Source of the DNA: Chrysomallon squamiferum | Taxonomy: Eukaryota; Animalia; Mollusca | DNA: 64,000 nucleotides | Assembly: GCA_012295275.1 (NCBI GenBank) | Contig: CM022669.1 | Coordinates: 15,562,001 to 15,626,000 of the forward strand | Direction: 5' to 3' | In this document: piece by piece, positions 1 to 13,625 of the stretch | Layout: every line of letters begins with the position of its first letter | Numbering within the stretch: the stretch's first letter is position 1 | Notes under the pieces: generated by a model | Database searches by the model: none | What the model was told of the DNA's origin: nothing | What the model saw: the letters and a program-made list of their open reading frames with translations, nothing else | Made by a program: the position numbers and the translations under genes

Positions 1-1591
1 AAATAAAATATATAAGTTCATAAATATTAATTTTTTTAAAGTAAATAAACACATTAATTAAAAACATAATATATATATTATTTCAGTATTCATGCTCACG
101 CAGTAGCCTGCGTTTAAAACATTTAAATTTGTTGGTATAATTAACTGTTACATGATGCGGTATCGATCTTTCTCGCTGGCTTGTTTTACGTTTTAACTAG
201 GTCTGCAGTACTGGTTTTAAAAAGTCATCTGTTTCATTGCCTATGGAGAACAGCACATTAAAGATGTTTTACTGGTAGTCGTTAAGGGCAACGCATGAAA
301 TATAGGCTGTAATTTTAATTATAATGATTATTACTTTTCAAGTAACGGCTAATTGGCAGAGAAAATCAGCTGCTACAGCTTACTGTTAGAAATGTCTAAT
401 GGACAGGAAAGCCGGTAACATATTAAACCGATCGCGGCGCACTGGTCAGAACGGGATATAGATCAACGGTCGTGCCTAAGGCTGTCTGTTTCGCCACTTA
501 ACTAGAGTACAGTGCAATAGCAATAACGCGTTTTCTCTCAAATGAATATTGCATCCATAAAAATATAAATAAATGAAGATCCATTTCGTCCAGATTTCAA
601 AAATCCCAGTCCTATTATCTTTACTTAAAATTAGCCATACGCATACACTTTGAGAGAGATCGTAAAATTGAAAAAATTACAGTTAAATTCAGTAGGAATG
701 TCTTAGATAACGCCACTTTTATTTTTGACCCCTGAAGATAGATGTCATACCGAGAATTCGAAACAGAAGCAATTTAATTGCTGATGCGTACAGTCTGTTA
801 GGAAATGGTCAACATCTTTGCGTTAATGATATAATTTATCATGTGTGCTTGAACGGAAGATAAGTGAAAACTGATATCGCTGAATAATTTCATATCAGAT
901 ATAAACTTGTTCTTGCTGTGAAAATAATATTTTTTATTTCTTTATTAGCTCTTCCTGTCTGTTTGTATTGTGATATTAAGTAATTTTGTTTTATGTACTA
1001 CCTATTACTGGCCTGAAACCAGGTATCTTTTGATACGAGTATTTTAATGTAGCGAAGAGATATAACACCTTTTGCTTTATGAGTTATATAACTTTTTCTG
1101 TTATTATAAGACAGAACACTTCAAGTTGTACGATACAACACTTTTTTTTTTTAAAGTGTGAGAGAGAAAAACACTTCCAAATCTGTGAGATACAGGACTT
1201 CAAATTGTGACGTTTAATACTTTTCGAAATTCTGAGACATGATACGTCTGACGTTTATTCTTCTTCACACCGCTGACATGCTCACATGTGTGGGTGACAT
1301 ATTCACATATTTCACTGTCTAATCAATTATATATTTGATAATGGTCAGTTTAATGCAGACTGAAGGATACAAATGTTCTCGGGTCTAATGGTGTGGCTAC
1401 TTTCAGGGGAGGAAGTCGGTCTGGGAATCCATTACACGCTGCTTCCAAACAGGTAATGGAATAACGCGATGGACAGTTTATATATTAGAGCTGTCTGAAA
1501 TGTAAAATAACCTGTGAGTAGTCTGAAGAAAAAAAGATTTATGTCTTTCCTCAGATGAAATCTGGGTTTGCAAATGTTGTGATGTCTCACT

Positions 1592-1649
<58 letters not shown>

Positions 1650-2343
1650 GACACACACAAACATATGTGTATGAAAATTAATATTTGTATGTGTGTATAA
1701 AATATACATTGCAGCTTAAAATCTTTACATAAAAAAAAATCATATGTTTCACCTCATAAATGCAACACATACTCATTTATTCACAAGCATAAACTACTTT
1801 TTTGATGTTGTAAAATAAATAACTCAATGATTGACAACATCCGAGAGCATTTTAATATCAACAGCTACCACAGCTCACAGCTATACTGTACTGCATAACG
1901 ATAAGATCGGGCAGGAAATACATAGCTGTTACTCTTAGCAATTAGCTAACAAAGATGTGCACCTTCCCGTAGAGTTAAAAAAAACATTTACATAACCTTT
2001 GACAAATCTGTTGTGTAGATCGACAGGAAGCCCAACTGACATTCCAGTTTCAGGTTATTGTGTTAAGTTCTGGTCTAGACTTTAATCATTTTATTTCATG
2101 CTGATCACCTTTTAAGATATAGATCAGTTGATGACGTATATAAAAGCAATTGTAGTTATCGAATGGCAGCTGCGAAAAAAAAAAAAAAAAAATGAAAGAA
2201 AAAAGGTGTGATGGCAGGTGTGTTTCCGAAAAATTAGATTAGCGAAACAGTAATTATGTTTTACGTTTTGACGAAATAACCAGCTTTGTATTATTACCCT
2301 GATCTTGCAGACGTTTTATTGTTCATGTTGCTGTTTATTATTA

Positions 2344-2380
<37 letters not shown>

Positions 2381-2425
2381 TATTATTATTAATTAAATTA
2401 TTATTTATTATTATTATTTATTATT

Positions 2426-2469
<44 letters not shown>

Positions 2470-4120
2470 TGTTGTTGTTGTTGCTGTTGTCGTCGTTGTT
2501 GTTATTGATTTGTTATTATTATTATTCTGTTACACAGACCACAGTAATTCTTTTTCTTTTCTTTTGACCACAACAATAAACGAAATATCATGCCTGTGCT
2601 TTGTACTTGAATAACGAATGAATTCAGAAATTCTTCACATATTTCAAAAGACATTTTCAAATTAGCCTATGTTTTTCATTTCCAATCCATAAGAAAACGA
2701 ATAACTTAAATTTCAAATGAATTCTGAGAGACAGATTTTGGAATTTAAAACAGTGGGCATCATCATTTTGGTTAACACAGTTTTCAAGATGTAACGACTG
2801 CTTTTGTAAAAGATACTCCCTTTATGCCATTCTCGTCTATAAAAATAGTTCTCTCTGCTTTGTTTAAAAGGTGAATGAAATATTTGAGTCTATTTTGAAA
2901 TGTCAAATATAAGTCAATGACTTCTTAAGATGCCTTTTACCAGCTTGTTTTGAAACAAATAAATGTTTTCTTTTGAAAACCGTTTTGTCCTTTTAATATT
3001 TTCTTCTTTTCCACGTTGGACCTTTAGGACTGAAACCATCGAAACCTTGAAAGTTGAAATCAGGGAAAGAAAAAGAAAGAAGGAGACAATGTGTTATTTT
3101 TAGCATTTTTGAATATCTGTTTCATGTAGTAATGTGGTTTTTTTTCTTGTGGTTTTAGATAAAAAATCTGCACTAATACATAAACAGTACCGTCTTTCTT
3201 TTCAGTTCAAATTATATTTTCTTTACTTATTAATATCTCTTAAAAGATAACATTTTAAAAAATTATAATTTTATTACAGTATTTTCGTTTCCTTGCCATC
3301 TTGAACACAACCACCTAAACCTAGGGATATGTTGAGTTTGCTTTGTATGTGTGTGCGCGTGTGTGTGTGTATGTGTGTGTGTGTTGTGTGTGTGTGTTTA
3401 TGCCTGGGTTTATGTGTACAAACTGTGTGTGTGTTTGTGTGTAGACAGGTAAACTACATTAAATAGAGGACAAACAGACAGACATAATGACAGACATACA
3501 GACATGCAATAGACAAACTGATAGACAGACAGACAGCCAGTCAGACTGTTAGATACATGGAATCAAAACTACTTAAAACGTCATTTTTTAGAAAGCATTT
3601 GCTTTCTTTTTTGTACCATCTATTTGCTTAGATGAATTAAATCTCATTTTATCAATATTAATCATTTTAAAGATGTTTTTTTCTTTCTGTTCTTGTTGAC
3701 TTAGCCTGATATGAATCATTTGTTGAAGGTAAAATGCCAGTGATTTCAATATTTATTCAAGATGCATGCAGTTTTAAAAATCAATGACTTCAAAAGGTCG
3801 TTAATAGCTATGCTTGGTCTACTTGTGTGTGATCTTTATGGCATGTTCATCATTAAATTATTTGCTTGGAAATTAATGGTAATGCGAAATTTCGATTTTA
3901 AATACACGATATTGTTTGTCGGTATGTCTATATGCGTATGCCTGAATGCGTTGGTATGCTTGAATGCATAAAATGATATTATGATGTACAACGTCTTAGA
4001 CAGGTAAAAAGGGAGAAAATAAGTAATCAGGTTGAGAAAGACAGACACAGGCTGGGAGAAGGACGAACAGGAGTTGATTTAGACATAGGTGGATAATAAG
4101 ACAGAGAGACAGACTGGGGG

Positions 4121-4244
<124 letters not shown>

Positions 4245-6022
4245 GAGTCATATATGTATATATTCTTTTTATTTCACTCTGTATTTAATTTTCTCAGAAT
4301 AAACAGAATAAATATTACCGATCCGATTATTTTTTTTTTTTTTTTTTTTTTTTTTCCCAAAAAAAAGAGAATAGAGTTCACACGTACAAAGTTATCAATT
4401 CACACAAGGAAGATATTTTGAATGTCTGCAGTTTCGATTTAAACGTTTCTTCCGAGTATGCAAGTGGACGTCTTGATTCTCGAACACATCCAGTTTGACT
4501 GCAGAGTGGGCATTTAGCGTCCGCGTTAATTCTTCGGCAAATGAGACGATCGACGTGTCCTTCAGGTGGCGATGGCCAGTTTTAACGATCTCGTGTACGC
4601 GCTGTCCTGTTGAAGAGTATAATTACGCGCGGCTGACCATTGCGAGGTGTCTGATAGCCATCCGGTCCGCGAGTTCCGACACCAGTAATAAAGACACTCG
4701 GCTGGCATTAGTGGAGTCGGCTGATGACGATTAACGACGTGGCTGCAGCTCTAAGATGTCGCGTCCGTAGCGGCTGTGTTGTCATCCAGCGTTCTGTATG
4801 TCCACAGGTCGTTTGCTTTCTTTGCGTCCTCCAGGTTCGATTCAGGCATCTGTCTAGAGAGAAAAAAAATATATATATATCAAATTTCGAAGATGCGATA
4901 ACTATCGAAATCTGCTACTGTCTACAGTGACTTGTTTTCATTTGCGGCACGAAAATAATCTGAAGGTTGCTGGATCGAACGATTAATTCTTCTGGACGCA
5001 ACTTTACGTTGTTTGCTATTCCAGCCACGGTCCACTGTTTTATCAACTTGCACAGCGCAGCTTTTACATTGTAGATAATCGAAAAAGAGCCCTTTGGGGG
5101 GATTTTTTGTCTCCTAGACTTTGTCTTAACATTATTATATGGAAGACGGGATAGTCAGTATTCTGTAGTATCTTGATGGGTCGTGCTGTCCTTTATGCTT
5201 AGAACTTTATCAGTGTATACCATAGTTCCCAAAGAATTATCATCTTTCTCTGCTAATTAACCATGACTGGTTTATAATAGGACTGACTGGTGGGTGTGTG
5301 CTTTGCTTTCTAATGGAAAGAGACAAAACCAATTTTTGAAGTAACAAAATGATATGACAGTTTTAACATCATTTATTTTGTATGACCCACAGCCATACGT
5401 ATGACAAAATATAGCTGGAGATTAAAAATGTGTTCAGTAGATTGCTAGTTTTCAAAGAAAACCTTTTATCCTTCTATATGATTATACAGATAACTTTTGT
5501 TTTGTGAAACTAATTATGTTTTTTGTCTTCATTATAGAGACTGGTGCGGCTTAAAGGGAAAATGGAAATTTCTCAAAGAAATAAATTCAGATCATTGTCA
5601 TATATCGTGCTAATATTCAATTCAATTAGTCCATGAACCGTTTTTAGTTATAACCATATCAATTTAGATATCAATCATATAAACATAGCACCACGTGAGA
5701 GAAACCTTAAAACATTCTCATGTTTCTCACCATAACAACAATGTATTTGTTATTACATTACTTTTATGCCTCTTCGTATGTGATTTTTCACATGCAAACA
5801 TAAATGCTTTTAACTTTTTGCCCGATTCAAAGAACATACGTTTACAAATCTCTTTATACTTATTAAAAGGATCATATTATCATTTTCTGTTGTTTTTTTT
5901 TCTTTTCATTTTCAGTTTTACTTTCTTTTTTTCGTCTTCTTCTTTATATTATATTACAAATTACACTTTGTACTTTAAGTCGTGCTATTATTTATTTTCC
6001 GTTTTTCGTGTTCATCTTATTC

Positions 6023-6118
<96 letters not shown>

Positions 6119-6735
6119 CATGTTTCTTGTAATAAAGACACTTTGATGTTCGCATTCTTTCACACTGTTAAACCTGATAATGAAGAATGTTTTTTCCCCA
6201 CTTCTGTTGTAACCTGAGCAAAACCAGATGGTAAATCGATGGTGTTCTGTTCCGACAATTTGACAATATGTGTAGTAGTGAAGTGAAATTAATTTCTGCC
6301 ACGGTTATATACATATTATTTTTTTTTATTATTATGTAAAGTTATCGATAATCCTCTTTTCATGTATCAAATTTCCAAGAAGCAAATAATGAGTTTCTTT
6401 ATTATATCTGGCATAACGCATGAAAAAAAACACAAAAAAAAACAAAACGTAAAAATAAAAAACAAAAAAAAAACAAAAAAAATATATATACTGAAATGAT
6501 TATACAGATTCAAAAAAAAAAAAAAAAAACACAAGCCAATTTGTCTGTAAGAACCTGAAGCGCATGTGAAAAAACGACGTCAACATAATCAGCGACAATT
6601 AAAAAAGATAGCAACAATAATCACAGCAGCAAACATAATCAGATTGATAGTGATCAAATGGAGTTGTTGTTAACATTTTAAATTATTATTATTGTTGTTG
6701 TTGTTGTTATTATTGTCGTTGTTGTTGTCGTCGTC

Positions 6736-6774
<39 letters not shown>

Positions 6775-8685
6775 TTTGGGTATGTTAATTTAAATTGATA
6801 TTTTTCTAAAAATTAATCAGTTCGGCTTCCACTAAATTAGATATAGAACATACCGTACAGTACGTTTTGCCACTCACAATATAAACAGAAAATGGTGAAA
6901 CTGTTCTAATTAGTCGCAGATGATATATTTATTTAATCTCGAAAACCGCTTAGACGTTTGTCGGAGATGATAGTCAGTGTAGTAGCAATGGATCACTTAG
7001 CGAGTCCGGCTACGACCAATCTGGAAAATCCACTGAGACGACAGTTACGTACGAAACTAATTAACAAAAGTGTTGACATAATCTGAACGAATGGGCTGAA
7101 TGATGTCTTTAAAAAAAAAAAAAAAAAAGGTTTCGAATTGTCATTTGTCCTTTTTCTCTTCACGTTATTTTAAAAATATAAATTTTTTGCTGACGTAAGC
7201 GACAAGTTGGAATAAAAGATTGCGTCAGAATGATTCAGTGATGAGGTCTTGATGTTTTGAAGGTTCAGTCCAAACATTTCGAGTAATTATTATTCTTTTT
7301 ATTTATTTATTTATTTATTTATTTATTCTTTAGTTGTTGTTTTTTTTTTGTGTTTTTTTCAGCTAGAATTAAGGGCAGAGTATAAATATGAATTATTACT
7401 ACAAGCGACCACTCCTATAATCATATTTTATTTTGTATTCTTTTTCAATGTTTATTTATTTTTTCGATTTTCAGCTAATACCGTAGTTTTACTATTACTT
7501 TCAGACTTACTGCTGTTTCTATCACTGACGCTGCTGCTATTACCAGAGATTATCAGGGCCCCGTGTCTAACCGGATTTCTGGAAGCTTCTTACATAAGCG
7601 TGGTCTGTCTTGTACCTTCACCCCTCTGTGCTGGGCCCAGGGCTGCAATCCTTGTATCCCACTGTTATTACTATAATACTAATACTGCAGCTGTTACTTC
7701 TGCTGTTATTACTACTACTACTACTAATGCTAATAACACATTCAGCAGCAACAACAATAACAGCAATTCATTTATATTAATACGTTTATTCTGTTTCTCT
7801 CCAGTCTCATCTATCAGTAAATTAAATTTTGGAGAATATATAATATAATATAATATAAATAATATAATATAATATAATATAATAAAATATAATATAATAT
7901 AATATAATATAATATAATATAATAAATAATATAAAATAATAAATAAATAAATAAATAAATAATAATAATAAAATAAAAATAAAAAAAAAAAAAAAAATGG
8001 TGATGATGATGATGATGATGATGAAGATGAAGATGAAGAAAAAGAAAAGGTTGTTACTATGTCCTTGGTCTAAACGCCGTTGTAGGTGCACAATAACGTA
8101 ATATGACTTTTAACACAAAAATAGCTTCAACAGTAATTCATTTACAATGCAGTAACGTAACACATCCGTGACATCAAGCGTATTTTTATTTTATTTATTA
8201 ATTTATTTTTGATTTTCTCTTCTTTGTTTTTTTTTTTTTTTTTTTTTTTTTTTTCTGCTTTTCTTTTTCTCATTCTTTCATTGTCATTTTAATTTCATTT
8301 CGTATCGTCAAAAAAAAATATTCATTAATGTTTCATTAACGCGCAATGAATATTTAGTTCGTTTTCCGAGAATAGAGCAGATACATAGAATTACAAACGT
8401 GAACACAAAAAAACAAAAAAAACCCATTATTCATTATGCAGAATTATAACCTGTTTTAGAATGAATCAGTGAACATTTGTTTATCTACAGCTCATGAGAT
8501 TTTTTATGATTAATAATATATAGGTAAAAACAAACAAATAATAATAAATATAGAACAACAACAATAACAAAGAAACAAAATTAAGGTCTGTGTCTTTTCT
8601 TGTTTATTTTCAAATGTTATATATATTTGGGTAAGTTTTTTTATTAGTAGTAGTAGTAGTAGTAGTAGTATTATGTTTTGGTTAC

Positions 8686-8769
8686 ATCATATTTATATAT
8701 AGATATATAAAACTTGAGTTAGTTCATAACTCACAAATAAATATCTAAACTTCCTGTTACAAAATAATA

Positions 8770-8835
<66 letters not shown>

Positions 8836-8990
8836 TTACATATAGATACACTATCATATTTATATATACATATATAAAACCTGAGTTAGTTCATAACTCA
8901 CAAATAAATATCTAAAATTCCTGTTACAAAATAATCTCACTCTCTCTCTCTCTCTCTCTGTATATACACACACACACACACACACTTACA
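8686..8990 (+). repeat. ~167-bp local tandem duplication with embedded (CT)n(AT)n(AC)n
   Basis: TGAGTTAGTTCATAACTCACAAATAAATATCTAAA occurs at 8715 and 8882. Confidence 0.85.
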
Positions 8991-9652
8991 TATTAAACAC
9001 TGTAAACATACAATGTAAACAAAACACAACAGGAAGAAATCGTGTCAAATGAAGTGTCTCGCTTTTCCGTACTGAAAACCTACATGCTGAGAAACGTCAC
9101 ACTGGTCAACTCTTCTACTTTCATCACGTAGGTCTTCAAAAACACGACTCTTAATACCGAGAAGGATATTCTTAGTTGTACGTATTTCACAGCTGAAAGA
9201 GAAAGAAGTTAATTGATCTTTTTTTTTTTTTCGTTTTTCCATCGGTTTGTTAACGAAACCTTTGTTAAACTACTCTGGGAAAAAAATCCTTGTGATGTAC
9301 CAAGAATGCTCAAAGATTTGTGTCCTGGCTGCACTGAAGTATTTTTTTTTTTTCACAATAACACATACGAGGCGAGGAGTTAAATTAACGACATCAAGAA
9401 GAGTGCTAACGAAGGTAAATCGAGGAAGCCTTTCCGTTTGCTCGAGGGTTTAGTTAATTGCAACACCCCTAGAGCTGGATAAAGGTAATAGAAAAATTTG
9501 AAGAAGAAAATAAAAAATAAATCAATCAATGTTTGTAAGCGTATGGCGTGTCGGTTTGGTTTAAGTTTATTGTTTGAAATTCATGTTGGACTGAACTTGA
9601 TGAACATAACTCAGTGGTAGGAAGAGAAATAAAATAACTTATGATGTAAGAA

Positions 9653-9705
<53 letters not shown>

Positions 9706-11236
9706 GTGTGTATTTTAATCATTATTGTGTCCAACTGATAATAGTGTATATACATCACAAAAATAACTGTGATAATGTTCACGATTTACAATGAGAAATA
9801 AACAATGTGGAGAGAGTAAACATGTCAAAAAAACTTAGGGTACTCACCCAAAAGTGAATGGAGCTTCAAAAACGGTGTCGTGATCACATGGTGTGCGTGG
9901 GTAAGTGATCGGGAGCTAAAAGGAAGCAATAACCGTTAAGGAAACGAAGTCCTCTGATCAGCGACTCTGCTGACGGACACGCCTTACCAGAGATGATGTT
10001 GTTTTTACACGTTGATTTCTACATCACAACAATTCCTCACAGTAAACAGAACCTGCGCACTGGCTTCATTTCTGTTATTGGCGATGTGGGGTCTTTGTAC
10101 ATAGCAATAGTCGTTATGAATCCTTAACATGTCAGCCGCGTATACGTATCAGTGCAAAATTTATAATTTTAATGTATTATTGTTACCTCTGTCGTACTGG
10201 TTTTGCGCTAAGTTAGACATTTTCGACATTTTCGTAGGAGTGGTACTAAAAGGAGTAGAGTTAATATCAATGACAAAACTAGTAAAGAGAGATATTAAGA
10301 CTTTCAGACTAGCAGTAGCAATGTAGTTACTGTTGTTGTTGTTATTATTGTTGATACTACTGTAGTAATGGAACCGACACAGTCACCACAAATAAAGTAC
10401 ACTAAAGAAGAAGAAAAAAAAAAAAAAAAATATATATAATTGTTTTTTAAAAGAATAAACTTAAAGCATGAACAAAACGAGTCAGTGCATTTGTATTAGA
10501 TTATCTCATTTCTGTTTTCATTTGATGAATCAATATTTCAATAATCCTTTAATTCCGAAATGTGTGCATGCATGAACGCTGCAGGTAATTATTATGAAAA
10601 ACAAAGCTGATGAATACATTTATACAACGGCTTGAATTTGATCACACGTGTCATGATGATGATGAAGAAGAAGAAAAATAAAGATGATCATGAAACAGAT
10701 GATGATAACAGTAAAGCAGAATAATGAATATATATATATATATATATATATTTACAAACAATTCATTTTATTATGTATATATATAATAAAATGAATTGTT
10801 TGTATTCCTTTTAAAATAAACAGAGATATAGGTGTATGGATGTATAAAACATATATACAGAGAAACAGACAGCGAGACAGAAATATAGATAGATACAGCG
10901 ACAGACAAACAGACGGCAGAAAGAGAGATAGAGATAGATAAACATATATGTGTCGTTTATACTGATATTTATTCTTTATGATTTAAAGTGAAGCAGATTA
11001 AACAGGAATAATTTTCTGGTTTCTGTAACATGTTGGCATTCTTAGTGTAATTCGTCTAGCTTTTGCGTAAATGAAATTAAAAGTATGACATTTTCCTTTA
11101 AAAAGTCTTTCGGTTCCAGAAGATAAATATCAACCAATTTCAGTTCGTTTGTATCGAAATCCACTTAATCATATGAAACTGATGACGCATAAAAAAGTAT
11201 AGGTTACTTCACAGCAGAAGAAGAAGAAGATGAAAA

Positions 11237-11496
11237 ATAGTTCTAAATGGTACTTCGGTAATTAGCAGATACGTTAAACAGATAAATGCTAAGAACAAGA
11301 AGAAGATGAAGAAGAAGAAGACGAAAGATAGTTCTAAATGGTACTTCGGTAATTAGCAGATACGTTAAACAGATAAATGCTCAGAAGAAGAAAACGAAGA
11401 AGAAGAAGAAGAAGAAGAAGAAGACGAAGGACAAGACGATCTATAGTTCTAAATCCCGCTTCAGTTATTTGCAAACACATTAAACGGATATATGCT
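11237..11496 (+). repeat. Three copies of a 54-bp unit separated by (GAA)n tracts
   Basis: ATAGTTCTAAATGGTACTTCGGTAATTAGCAGATACGTTAAACAGATAAATGCT occurs at 11237 and 11328 (identical), with a diverged copy at 11443. Confidence 0.9.
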
Positions 11497-11910
11497 CAGA
11501 ATGCTACATTTCTCAATCTTCCTTTATCACGGCCATTAAATCACACTCGAATTTCATGATGTCGACTGACTACACGTTGCTTTGATGACGTTATATCCCG
11601 TGCATTGTTCAATAAGACAAGAAACCACCGTGTGAAACTAATATGATTTTCTTGCCTATCTGCGACTTCCTGATGTTTAAGCTGTTTTCAGTTCACGAAT
11701 ATAGTCCGACACTCAGCAATTTTCTTGCTGAGCTAAATCTCACTACGTTCTCCTGTTAAGAATCGGATGGATGAAAATAGAAGGATTAGACGAGGTCAAA
11801 GAATTCGTATTATAATTCATATCTGTGTGTCAAGCATGATCAGAAAGGGCTTAACCTAGTTCATAAATTTTATCTCAGGTTCATCCAGTTTAGATTCTTG
11901 TCTGTTCGTA

Positions 11911-12021
<111 letters not shown>

Positions 12022-12371
12022 ACAGACAAGAATAATTTAAGAGAAAACAAATATTCAGACACACAGTCATTTTTCAAAAGTTCACAGTTATATGACATGA
12101 ATAAAACGATCATCATCCACGTCCGTATAATACCAAGCCACTGTTACCCTATCGGTTCAATGTTATTACAGTATTATGTGTTAATTACAATTTTTCATTT
12201 CAGCAGTGCTCCACGACTGACTTACCAAAGACGGTATGACCTTATCCATCAATCGCAGGATGCTTATATAATTGTTTTTCCTGAAACGGTTTTCTTGACT
12301 TCATATAACAACAGATTAATAATGTGTTTATTGTGTGGAATCTTTGAAATATTTTATTTAAATACTACTAT

Positions 12372-12412
<41 letters not shown>

Positions 12413-12415
12413 TAA

Positions 12416-12446
<31 letters not shown>

Positions 12447-13530
12447 TTAAAAAAATATTACCTAATTTTAAAAATGCATATAAATAATAAATAAATAAAT
12501 AGAGAAACTTGCAGTGACGAACTAGAGAAAAGTATTCCTGATCTATAACAGAAACTAAATGTCGCATTTCTTTTTTCTTATGACAAATTGCATTTACAAA
12601 TTAGGTTCTTAAACAGTACAGATGAAATGTCCTCCAACGAGCAAAGACAAGTTGACATTAAAAGGCGAAATATGATCAGCTGAAACATGAAGAATTCATA
12701 CGAAGTTGAGGAAACATGCTTTCTTGTCTATGCTGTGCGATACACTGCGTCTTATATAAGTATGATTAATGCAGTAGTCAGTGAATGAAAAAAAAAAAAA
12801 AAAATCAGATGTTATTCATTAATAGCTATTTGAGTTCAAGTAAATATTTCCATTTCACTTCATTAGATGCTTGTGCTTTTATCCATCATGTATAGAAAAC
12901 TAGTATCGCACCTCTCTCTTCTCTCTCTCTCTCTCTCTGTATGTTTTTATGAGATATTTTGGTTTTTCGTCATTGTCATATGTCTCCATTGCTTACAGAG
13001 GAGTCATCAACCCAGAAAAACAAAGAATATTCTTTCAGTCGGTGAATTCAACAAACATGACCAACACGAAATCATAGTCTATTATTGTATTAATGAGCAT
13101 GCGAAGCATAAAGGTTGCATGCTGATCTCACAGATTATGGCAGTGAATATTCTGCAGAGCGTCTAAATTTCCTATTATCCTGTTATTGTTTATTCGTCTA
13201 GAAAACAAATTATACAATTACCGTATTAAGGGTGAAGTCAGATTGAGTTAAAGAGCTATAAATAGACCGATGGCTGTGGTATGTTGCCATACCATGTGTA
13301 GCATGTGTGTTTTCAAATAGGTGTCTGTCATCTTTAGTGTGATAGATGAACGTTTAGTGAAGCGCCTGTAGGATTAGTCTGTCCATGTCTATGATTGTGT
13401 TTATGATCCCTGATTTGTCAGTTATTTGTTTTGTCCTTGTTAGTGCACAATGGTGAAGACTGAGAATCTTTAAAGTTCAGAACACTGGATATTTGTCTTT
13501 GTTTTTACGTCCTTCTTTTTGTTTGCTTGC

Positions 13531-13625
<95 letters not shown>

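Noticed and set aside
7553-7660. GC-rich patch starting CAGGGCCCCC, resembling the hAT-like MITE
   Set aside because: No matching terminal inverted repeat or target-site duplication could be identified.
11237-11496. CRISPR-like repeat/spacer appearance
   Set aside because: The context is eukaryotic, the spacers are just (GAA)n, there are only three units, and no cas genes are present.
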